Assembly (NCBI RefSeq): GCF_000026545.1
Contig: NC_011601.1
From: Escherichia coli O127:H6 str. E2348/69
GTDB taxonomy: Bacteria > Pseudomonadota > Gammaproteobacteria > Enterobacterales > Enterobacteriaceae
DNA: 64,000 nt
Direction: 5' to 3' (one strand)
Shown here: positions 32,048 to 41,257 of the stretch, piece by piece
Position numbering within the stretch: the stretch's first letter is position 1
How the letters are laid out: every line of letters begins with the position of its first letter
Notes under the pieces: model-generated
What the model was told of the DNA's origin: nothing
The model's database searches: none
The model's input: only the letters and a program-made list of their open reading frames with translations
Program-made: the position numbers and the translations under genes

Positions 32048-32813
32048 TATTACTAACGAATCATTAGCACTGGCATTAATGCTGGTGGTGGTGGCAATCT
32101 TAATTAGCCATAAAGAAAAACTAGCGCTGGAGAAAGATATTCTCTGGAGTGTCGGGCGCGCGATAATCCAGCTGATTATTGTCGGCTATGTGCTGAAGTA
32201 TATTTTCAGCGTGGATGATGCCTGTCTGACATTATTGATGGTGTTATTTATCTGCTTTAATGCGGCGTGGAACGCGCAAAAACGCAGTAAATATATTGCT
32301 AAAGCTTTTATCTCATCGTTTATTGCCATTACGGTCGGAGCGGGAATTACCCTGGCGGTACTGATCCTCTCTGGGTCGATTGAATTTATCCCGATGCAGG
32401 TGATCCCTATCGCCGGGATGATAGCCGGTAACGCCATGGTAGCGGTGGGGGTGTGTTACAACAATTTAGGGCAACGGGTCATTAGCGAACAGCAACAGAT
32501 TCAGGAGAAACTGAGTCTTGGCGCGACACCAAAACAGGCTTCAGCGATATTGATTCGCGACAGTATTCGCGCGGCTTTAATTCCGACGGTCGATTCAGCA
32601 AAAACGGTTGGCTTAGTGAGTTTACCAGGAATGATGTCCGGGCTGATATTTGCCGGGATTGATCCGGTGAAGGCGATTAAATATCAGATTATGGTGACCT
32701 TTATGCTGCTCTCAACTGCCAGCCTGTCTACCATTATTGCCTGCTATTTAACCTATCGTAAATTTTATAATTCGCGCCACCAGTTGGTGGTGACGCAATT
32801 GAAGAAGAAATGA
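32034..32813 (+). CDS. fetB: Iron exporter permease FetB (YbbM)
   Basis: The ATG at 32034 gives the 259-aa polytopic protein MNSHNITNESLALALMLVVV...; it overlaps fetA by 14 nt. Confidence 0.92.
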   Translation: MNSHNITNESLALALMLVVVAILISHKEKLALEKDILWSVGRAIIQLIIVGYVLKYIFSVDDACLTLLMVLFICFNAAWNAQKRSKYIAKAFISSFIAITVGAGITLAVLILSGSIEFIPMQVIPIAGMIAGNAMVAVGVCYNNLGQRVISEQQQIQEKLSLGATPKQASAILIRDSIRAALIPTVDSAKTVGLVSLPGMMSGLIFAGIDPVKAIKYQIMVTFMLLSTASLSTIIACYLTYRKFYNSRHQLVVTQLKKK

Positions 32814-32875
32814 TGCGATGCCGGATGCGCAGCATCGCATCCGGCGTTGTGGTTCATGTGCCGATCAACAAAACA

Positions 32876-33772
<897 letters not shown>

Positions 33773-33790
33773 TTAAGCGCGCGCTTCAAC

Positions 33791-34600
33791 TCACCCCTGC
33801 AATATTTTGTCCATCACGCGCCCCGGCAGCAGGCGCTTAAGCACCATTACCGCCCAGGTCACCAGCGTCACCGGATAGCGCATCTTCGGCTTCTCGCTAA
33901 TAAAAGCATGGCGCACTTTGTCGACCACCGCTTCCGGTCCCAACGTAAAGCGGGCGGCGATGCCAGGATTTTCGACTGGTTTATCACTTTGCGTCTGATT
34001 GACGTTGTCGGTGAAGCGAGTACGAATGGGACCAGGTTCGATCAGGCTGACTTTAATTCCGCTGTGGCGCAGCTCCATGCGCAGTGCGTCTGACCACGCC
34101 TCCAGCGCATATTTACTGGCCGCGTAAGCGCCACGACCCGGTGTGGAGATTAATCCCATCACCGATGAGGTCATCACAATACGCCCTTCACCGTGCGGCA
34201 ACATCGCGGGTAACAGGCGCATGGTGAGCTGGTGTGCGCCGAAAAAGTTGGCGGAAAACTGCTGTTCCATCTGCGCACGGCTGATGGTGGAAAGGGGGCC
34301 ATACATGCCGAATCCGGCATTGTTATAGATCCCATACAGACAATTATCGGTCAGGGCGATCACTTCGTCGGCTGCGCGATCAACACTTTCTGGTGAATCC
34401 AGATCGATCAACACGCCGGTAAATCCCATGCTGTTCATGCGCTCAACATCATCCGGTTTCCGGCAACCTGCCAGCACATGAAAACCCTGGCGTTTTAATT
34501 CGAGCGCGCTTTCCAGGCCAATACCACTGGAACATCCGGTAATTAAGACCGATTTTTGCATAACTTTACCTGTCAGGATCTCCGTTGCTTTATGAGTCAT
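33791..34600 (-). CDS. ybbO: Short-chain dehydrogenase/reductase YbbO
   Basis: 269 aa, with TGCSSGIG for cofactor binding and the YAASK catalytic motif. Confidence 0.93.
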   Translation of the reverse strand: MTHKATEILTGKVMQKSVLITGCSSGIGLESALELKRQGFHVLAGCRKPDDVERMNSMGFTGVLIDLDSPESVDRAADEVIALTDNCLYGIYNNAGFGMYGPLSTISRAQMEQQFSANFFGAHQLTMRLLPAMLPHGEGRIVMTSSVMGLISTPGRGAYAASKYALEAWSDALRMELRHSGIKVSLIEPGPIRTRFTDNVNQTQSDKPVENPGIAARFTLGPEAVVDKVRHAFISEKPKMRYPVTLVTWAVMVLKRLLPGRVMDKILQG

Positions 34601-35216
34601 GATTTACTAAAGGCTGCAACTGCTTCGCCATCCAGTCGGCAATAAACGGCTGGGCGTCGCGGTTGGGATGAATACCGTCATCCTGCATCCATTGTGGCTT
34701 GAGGTAGACCTCTTCCATAAAAAAGGGCAGCAGCGGAACATCAAACTCTTTGGCGAGTTTGGGGTAAATGGCGCTAAAGGCTTCATTATAACGGCGACCA
34801 TAGTTTGCAGGCAGACGTATTTGCATTAACAATGGTTCAGCGTTGGCGGCTTTGACATCCTGCAAAATCTGGCGCAGCGTTTGCTCGGTTTGCTGTGGCT
34901 GAAAACCACGCAAACCGTCATTGCCGCCCAGTTCAACCAGCACCCAGCGCGGCTGATGCTGTTTCAGCAGAGCCGGAAGGCGCGCCAGCCCTTGTTGCGA
35001 GGTGTCGCCGCTGATGCTGGCATTGATTACCGACGTTTTACTCTGCCACTTATCATTCAACAAGGCAGGCCAGGCCGCGCTGGCAGACATTCGATACCCG
35101 GCGCTCAGGCTATCACCCAGAATCAATAACGTGTCCGCTGCGGCGGCACGGAAGGTTAACAGGACCAGGAACAGGAAGGGCAAATGCCAGCGGAAAACAT
35201 TGTTGAAGTTCATCAT
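34590..35216 (-). CDS. tesA: Periplasmic thioesterase I / protease I / lysophospholipase L1
   Basis: The ATG at 35216 gives the 208-aa protein MMNFNNVFRWHLPFLFLVLLTFRAAAA/DTLLILGDSLSAGY (SGNH GDS motif). Confidence 0.95.
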   Translation of the reverse strand: MMNFNNVFRWHLPFLFLVLLTFRAAAADTLLILGDSLSAGYRMSASAAWPALLNDKWQSKTSVINASISGDTSQQGLARLPALLKQHQPRWVLVELGGNDGLRGFQPQQTEQTLRQILQDVKAANAEPLLMQIRLPANYGRRYNEAFSAIYPKLAKEFDVPLLPFFMEEVYLKPQWMQDDGIHPNRDAQPFIADWMAKQLQPLVNHDS

Positions 35217-35870
35217 CTTAAGAAGTCCGTCGGTCAGGGGGAGCATGAACTCTCCATCCTCACCGGAGTTGAGCTGGTTGTCAAACGTGGTGAGACCATT
35301 GCACTGGTGGGCGAGTCGGGATCGGGTAAGTCAACCTTGCTGGCGATCCTCGCAGGGCTGGATGACGGCAGCAGTGGCGAAGTGAGTCTGGTGGGACAAC
35401 CGCTACATAATATGGACGAAGAAGCGCGGGCAAAGTTGCGCGCGAAGCACGTAGGCTTTGTTTTTCAGTCATTTATGTTAATTCCTACCCTTAACGCGCT
35501 GGAAAACGTCGAGCTTCCGGCGCTGCTGCGCGGTGAGAGTAGCGCAGAAAGTCGTAACGGGGCGAAAGCGTTGCTCGAACAGTTAGGGCTGGGTAAACGT
35601 CTTGATCATCTTCCGGCACAGCTTTCTGGCGGCGAACAGCAACGAGTGGCGCTGGCGCGAGCCTTTAATGGTCGACCTGATGTGCTGTTTGCCGACGAGC
35701 CCACCGGCAACCTTGACCGCCAGACCGGCGATAAAATTGCCGACCTGCTGTTTTCCCTCAACCGTGAGCATGGCACCACGTTGATTATGGTGACCCACGA
35801 CCTGCAACTGGCGGCACGCTGCGACCGCTGCTTACGGCTGGTGAACGGGCAGTTGCAGGAGGAAGTATGA
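35184..35870 (+). CDS. ybbA: ABC transporter ATPase YbbA (LolD/MacB-type)
   Basis: 228 aa, with GESGSGKST, LSGGEQQRVALARA and LFADEPTGNLD. It is divergent from tesA and overlaps its 5' end. Confidence 0.93.
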   Translation: MPAENIVEVHHLKKSVGQGEHELSILTGVELVVKRGETIALVGESGSGKSTLLAILAGLDDGSSGEVSLVGQPLHNMDEEARAKLRAKHVGFVFQSFMLIPTLNALENVELPALLRGESSAESRNGAKALLEQLGLGKRLDHLPAQLSGGEQQRVALARAFNGRPDVLFADEPTGNLDRQTGDKIADLLFSLNREHGTTLIMVTHDLQLAARCDRCLRLVNGQLQEEV

Positions 35871-38281
35871 TTGCACGTTGGTTCTGGCGCGAATGGCGTT
35901 CGCCGTCGCTATTAATTGTCTGGCTGGCGCTAAGCCTGGCGGTGGCCTGCGTGCTGGCGCTGGGCAATATCAGCGATCGCATGGAGAAGGGCTTAAGCCA
36001 GCAAAGCCGGGAGTTTATGGCGGGCGATCGGGCGTTGCGCAGTTCGCGCGAAGTGCCGCAAGCATGGCTGGAGGAAGCGCAAAAGCGCGGCCTGAAAGTC
36101 GGCAAGCAGCTGACTTTCGCCACCATGACCTTTGCAGGCGACACGCCGCAACTGGCGAACGTCAAAGCGGTGGATGATATCTACCCGATGTATGGCGAGC
36201 TACAAACCAATCCCCCTGGCCTGAAACCGCAGGCGGGCAGCGTATTGCTGGCCCCACGCCTGATGGCACTGCTTAACCTGAAAACGGGCGACACCATTGA
36301 CGTGGGCGATGCCACCTTGCGGATTGCCGGAGAAGTGATTCAGGAACCGGATTCCGGTTTTAACCCCTTCCAGATGGCTCCGCGTCTGATGATGAATCTG
36401 GCGGATGTCGATAAAACCGGAGCCGTGCAGCCGGGGAGTCGGGTCACCTGGCGCTATAAATTCGGCGGCAGCGAGAACCAGCTCGACGGCTATGAGAAAT
36501 GGTTGTTACCCCAGCTTAAACCTGAACAACGCTGGTACGGTCTGGAACAGGACGAAGGCGCGCTGGGGCGATCGATAGAACGTTCGCAACAGTTCCTGCT
36601 GCTTTCGGCGCTTCTGACCTTGCTGCTGGCGGTGGCGGCGGTTGCGGTGGCGATGAATCATTACTGTCGCAGTCGCTACGACTTGGTGGCGATCCTCAAG
36701 ACGCTGGGGGCAGGGCGAGCGCAACTGCGTAAGTTAATCGTCGGTCAGTGGTTGATGGTGCTGGCGCTTTCAGCCGTTACCGGTGGGGCGATAGGCCTGT
36801 TGTTCGAAAACGTGTTGATGGTGCTGCTCAAGCCCGTGCTACCTGCCGCTTTACCTCCTGCCAGCCTCTGGCCGTGGCTGTGGGCGCTCGGCACCATGAC
36901 GGTTATTTCGCTGCTGGTGGGGCTACGACCATACCGCCTGTTGTTGGCAACGCAGCCTTTACGCGTATTACGTAATGATGTGGTAGCGAACGTCTGGCCG
37001 CTGAAGTTTTATCTGCCGATTGTCACCGTGGTGGTTGTGCTGCTGCTCGCCGGATTAATGGGTGGCAGTATGCTGCTCTGGGCGGTGCTGGCGGGCGCGG
37101 TAGTACTGGCTTTGCTGTGCGGTGTGCTGGGCTGGATGCTGCTGAATGTACTTCGCCGCATGACGCTGAAATCGCTACCTCTGCGCCTGGCGGTTAGCCG
37201 CCTGTTACGTCAGCCGTGGTCAACGTTAAGCCAGCTTTCGGCATTTTCGCTCTCCTTTATGCTGCTGGCACTGTTGCTGGTGTTGCGTGGCGATCTGCTC
37301 GACCGTTGGCAACAACAACTGCCGCCAGAAAGCCCGAACTACTTTTTAATCAACATCGCTACGGAACAGGTTACGCCGCTGAAAGCGTTTCTCGCGGAAC
37401 ATCAAATAGTCCCGGAATCGTTTTATCCGGTGGTGCGGGCGCGGTTGACGGCGATTAACGACAAGCCGACAGAAGGCAATGGAGATGAGGCGCTCAACCG
37501 CGAGCTGAATCTCACCTGGCAAAATACGCGGCCTGATCATAACCCGATCGTCGCCGGTAACTGGCCGCCAAAAGCGGATGAAGTGTCGATGGAAGAGGGG
37601 CTGGCGAAACGCTTAAACGTTGCCCTCGGCGATACCGTGACTTTTATGGGCGATACCCAGGAGTTCCGCGCTAAAGTGACCAGCCTGCGCAAAGTGGACT
37701 GGGAAAGTCTGCGGCCTAATTTCTATTTTATTTTCCCGGAAGGGGCATTAGACGGGCAACCGCAGAGCTGGCTTACCAGTTTCCGCTGGGAGAATGGCAA
37801 CGGCATGTTGACGCAACTCAACCGCCAGTTCCCGACCATTAGCCTGTTAGACATTGGCGCGATTTTAAAACAGGTCGGTCAGGTGCTGGAGCAGGTAAGT
37901 CGGGCGCTGGAAGTGATGGTGGTGCTGGTCACCGCCTGCGGCATGTTGCTGTTGCTGGCGCAGGTGCAGGTGGGAATGCGTCAGCGTCATCAGGAGCTGG
38001 TGGTGTGGCGCACACTTGGTGCGGGGAAAAAACTGCTGCGCACGACATTGTGGTGTGAGTTCGCCATGCTCGGGTTTGTATCCGGCCTGGTGGCCGCAAT
38101 TGGTGCGGAAACGGCACTGGCGGTACTGCAATCGAAAGTGTTTGATTTCCCGTGGGAGCCAGACTGGCGATTGTGGATTGTTCTGCCGTGCAGCGGTGCG
38201 CTACTGCTGTCGCTTTGCGGCGGCTGGCTGGGTGCGCGACTGCTTAAGGGTAAGGCGCTGTTCAGGCAGTTTGCGGGGTGA
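35867..38281 (+). CDS. ybbP: FtsX-like ABC permease YbbP
   Basis: 804 aa with two FtsX-type TM bundles; it overlaps the ybbA stop by 4 nt. Confidence 0.93.
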   Translation: MIARWFWREWRSPSLLIVWLALSLAVACVLALGNISDRMEKGLSQQSREFMAGDRALRSSREVPQAWLEEAQKRGLKVGKQLTFATMTFAGDTPQLANVKAVDDIYPMYGELQTNPPGLKPQAGSVLLAPRLMALLNLKTGDTIDVGDATLRIAGEVIQEPDSGFNPFQMAPRLMMNLADVDKTGAVQPGSRVTWRYKFGGSENQLDGYEKWLLPQLKPEQRWYGLEQDEGALGRSIERSQQFLLLSALLTLLLAVAAVAVAMNHYCRSRYDLVAILKTLGAGRAQLRKLIVGQWLMVLALSAVTGGAIGLLFENVLMVLLKPVLPAALPPASLWPWLWALGTMTVISLLVGLRPYRLLLATQPLRVLRNDVVANVWPLKFYLPIVTVVVVLLLAGLMGGSMLLWAVLAGAVVLALLCGVLGWMLLNVLRRMTLKSLPLRLAVSRLLRQPWSTLSQLSAFSLSFMLLALLLVLRGDLLDRWQQQLPPESPNYFLINIATEQVTPLKAFLAEHQIVPESFYPVVRARLTAINDKPTEGNGDEALNRELNLTWQNTRPDHNPIVAGNWPPKADEVSMEEGLAKRLNVALGDTVTFMGDTQEFRAKVTSLRKVDWESLRPNFYFIFPEGALDGQPQSWLTSFRWENGNGMLTQLNRQFPTISLLDIGAILKQVGQVLEQVSRALEVMVVLVTACGMLLLLAQVQVGMRQRHQELVVWRTLGAGKKLLRTTLWCEFAMLGFVSGLVAAIGAETALAVLQSKVFDFPWEPDWRLWIVLPCSGALLLSLCGGWLGARLLKGKALFRQFAG

Positions 38282-38297
38282 TGACAGGTGTTAGATT

Positions 38298-38395
<98 letters not shown>

Positions 38396-38426
38396 ATGAA
38401 CAGTGTGCATTTTGGCAATAAATATG

Positions 38427-38453
38427 AAACCAACTGTCATGTCGGTTTTTTTA
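38427..38453. repeat. Left copy of a 27-bp direct repeat AAACC(A/G)ACTGTCATGTCGGTTTTTTTA; it also forms a hairpin followed by T7 on the + strand
   Basis: 26 of 27 positions are identical to 40006-40032. The last 21 nt (38433-38453) are identical to 40012-40032. It could act as the ybbP terminator. Confidence 0.8.
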
Positions 38454-38455
38454 AA

Positions 38456-38480
38456 GGCCGAAGGTGGTAAACCTTCGGCC
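38456..38480 (-). terminator. Perfect GC-rich hairpin GGCCGAAGG-N7-CCTTCGGCC just 3' of the candidate toxin ORF
   Basis: 9-bp perfect stem (10 bp if the flanking A-T pair is included), 18 nt after the TAA of the 27-codon ORF on the minus strand. Only 3 U follow before the second hairpin (38427-38453). Confidence 0.5.
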
Positions 38481-38498
38481 TTAGCTACGTTTCCTCAG

Positions 38499-38582
38499 TT
38501 ATTCAATAAATTGACGGATCAGTTCTAGCAGCGCGATTAGCGCCTTAAGAACGATGAGAACTTTATCGAGAAAAGTTTTCAT
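38499..38582 (-). CDS. Candidate type I toxin: 27-aa hydrophobic peptide MKTFLDKVLIVLKALIALLELIRQFIE (DinQ/TisB-like)
   Basis: Hand-translated from ATG 38582 to TAA 38499. GGGAG SD lies 6 nt upstream. The peptide is predicted to be a single amphipathic helix. I recall DinQ as MIDKAIIVLGALIALLELIRFLLQLLN, which shares the ALIALLELIR core. The ORF is shorter than the ORF-track cutoff. Confidence 0.55.
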   Translation of the reverse strand: MKTFLDKVLIVLKALIALLELIRQFIE

Positions 38583-38654
38583 CCGTTGCTCCCTTAAGGG
38601 AGAAAGACAATCACAGCTTACCCTTACGTTGCCTGTAACTATGATTTTCTTCAT

Positions 38655-38670
38655 GTGCTAGATGAGGACT
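38655..38670. repeat. Left copy of a perfect 16-bp direct repeat TGCTAGATGAGGACTG (predicted sRNA target site in the peptide mRNA 5' UTR)
   Basis: Identical to 39943-39958. It lies 73-88 nt upstream of the peptide ATG on the opposite strand. Confidence 0.75.
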
Positions 38671-38865
38671 GCCTCTCTCCAAATTAGAGCACCAGAATCA
38701 GCACCACCTGTATCCTGACCAGGACTTAAAAGTACTTTTCCGCACTGCGGTAATCCCTTGAGGCAGTATCACTACTAGCGTCGGGATTGTATCGCCAACA
38801 TAGCTGTTGTGTAAGTTCACAGAGATATTGCAATTGCCTCCGGATAAGTAAGGGGAGATTGCACT

Positions 38866-39912
38866 ATGCAAATGCAGCATCTGATGGTTGGCTATCCTAA
38901 GTACTACCAAACGGCCGATTATGCGTTGAGGCTTTCAGTGATGGCTGATATAGCAACAATGAGAATGAAGGCTCTGCACTTCTGGGATAAACACGGTATT
39001 TCTGCAGCTTCTGAAGCCTTTGGCGTGTCCTGCCGCACGCTTTACTGGTGGCGTCAGTTACTGAACAAGGAAGGACCTGAGGGGCTAATCCCGCACAGTA
39101 AGGCACCTCTGGTGCGACGAAAAAAACACTGGCATCCCGATGTGCTGAAAGAGATTCGACGCCTCAGGACAGAGCTGCCGAACCTCGGTAAAGAGCAGAT
39201 TTTTGTTCGCCTGAAGCCCTGGTGCGAACAGCGCTATCTGGCCTGTCCGAGTGTTTCCACCATCGGCAGAATGATCGCTGCCGCACATGATAAAATGCGG
39301 ATGATACCTGTGCGTCTGGGATCGCGGGGGAAGGCACTGCTTGTCAAAAAGCGGTCTGCCAAACCCCGCAGGCCAAAGCACTACCGCCCGGTAAAGACAG
39401 GTGAGCTCATTGGGATGGACGCCATTGAGCTCAGAATGGGCGAACTGCGTCGCTATGTCATCACCATGATCGACGAATGCAGCAATTACGCGCTGGCGCT
39501 GGCTGTGCCGTCACTCAACAGTGATATCGTCAATCACTTCTTCAGCCGCGCAGCCCGGTTGTTCCCGGTCGGTATCAGCCAGATAATCACAGATAACGGA
39601 AAAGAGTTCCTGGGAAACTTCGACAAAACGCTGCAGGAAGCCGCTATCAAACACCTCTGGACCTATCCCTACACGCCAAAAATGAACGCTATCTGTGAAC
39701 GTTTTAACCGGACGTTAAGAGAGCAGTTTATTGAATTTAATGAGATTTTACTCTTTGAAGATCTGGCGCTATTTAACCAGAAGCTGGCGGAATATCTGGT
39801 GCTGTATAACAGCAAAAGACCCCACAAGGCGCTCGCACTAATGACGCCCGTGGAATATATTTTAAAAGAGAATAAAAATTGCAATATGTGGTGGACCCAT
39901 ACAGCTGTTTGA
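38866..39912 (+). CDS. DDE transposase/integrase-core (rve) protein with an N-terminal HTH; IS481-family-like single ORF
   Basis: 348 aa, with AGGGGAG SD 8 nt upstream. The N-terminal HTH is AFGVSCRTLYWWRQ. The catalytic-core pattern is GMDAIEL...ITDNGKEF...PKMNAICERFNRTLREQF (D, D, E with the typical spacing). Confidence 0.85.
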   Translation: MQMQHLMVGYPKYYQTADYALRLSVMADIATMRMKALHFWDKHGISAASEAFGVSCRTLYWWRQLLNKEGPEGLIPHSKAPLVRRKKHWHPDVLKEIRRLRTELPNLGKEQIFVRLKPWCEQRYLACPSVSTIGRMIAAAHDKMRMIPVRLGSRGKALLVKKRSAKPRRPKHYRPVKTGELIGMDAIELRMGELRRYVITMIDECSNYALALAVPSLNSDIVNHFFSRAARLFPVGISQIITDNGKEFLGNFDKTLQEAAIKHLWTYPYTPKMNAICERFNRTLREQFIEFNEILLFEDLALFNQKLAEYLVLYNSKRPHKALALMTPVEYILKENKNCNMWWTHTAV

Positions 39913-39937
39913 ATATGTAGGCATCCTGACTTATAAT
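39909..39937 (+). promoter_or_regulatory. Near-consensus sigma70 promoter TTGAAT-17 nt-TATAAT
   Basis: -35 at 39909-39914 (overlapping the transposase TGA stop), a 17-nt spacer, and a perfect -10 at 39932-39937. The predicted TSS is around 39944, at the start of the 16-nt repeat. Confidence 0.55.
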
Positions 39938-39943
39938 TCACTT

Positions 39944-40031
39944 GCTAGATGAGGACTGTTTCATTTCTGCCCGGAACCACCAAGTCTTGGGCGGAAAAAA
40001 TAAAAAAACCGACTGTCATGTCGGTTTTTTT
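39944..40031 (+). ncRNA. Candidate ~88-nt antitoxin sRNA whose 5' end (UGCUAGAUGAGGACUG) is complementary to the 5' UTR of the 27-codon ORF mRNA
   Basis: It is defined only by the upstream promoter, the 16-nt complementarity to 38655-38670, and the hairpin (AAAAAAACCGAC-TGTCAT-GTCGGTTTTTTT) with a T7 run at 40002-40031. I have no expression data. Confidence 0.4.
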
Positions 40032-40032
40032 A
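40006..40032. repeat. Right copy of the 27-bp direct repeat; a bidirectional hairpin terminator between the candidate sRNA and selU
   Basis: See 38427-38453. The A7/T7 arms flanking CCGAC/GTCGG give a U-run in both orientations. Confidence 0.8.
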
Positions 40033-40094
40033 TATCTGTATTCTGGTGCAACCATTCTGTTCTCACGACAATCGCCGTTTCAGAATACCGCCCA

Positions 40095-41204
<1,110 letters not shown>

Positions 41205-41257
41205 TCAAATCAGCTTGCGCGCTATTTTACGCGCCAACGCGCAAGGAAACTTGATTT

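Larger units (their letters stand above)
38671..39942 (+). mobile_element. Putative IS-like element carrying the rve transposase; ends not defined
   Basis: A transposase gene is present, but I could not find terminal inverted repeats by eye between 38671-38865 and 39913-39942. The boundaries given are only the space between the flanking 16-bp direct repeats. Confidence 0.35.

Noticed and set aside
39904-39919. LexA-box-like sequence CTGTTTGAATATGTAG overlapping the -35 of the candidate sRNA promoter. I looked for it because dinQ and tisB are SOS-regulated.
   Set aside because: The distal half-site is TAG rather than the essential CAG. The other CTG...CAG pairs near the toxin promoter (38709-38724, 38804-38822) have the wrong spacing (N9 and N13). 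This is not enough to claim SOS control.
38655-39958. Interpreting the 16-bp direct repeats as an IS481-type target-site duplication (they contain CTAG), with the IS ends immediately inside them.
   Set aside because: Known DDE target duplications are much shorter. The sequences just inside the repeats (CCTCTCTCCAAATTAG... versus the reverse complement AGTGAATTATAAGTCAGG...) show no inverted-repeat relationship. I kept this as an open alternative in the findings but not as the preferred reading.
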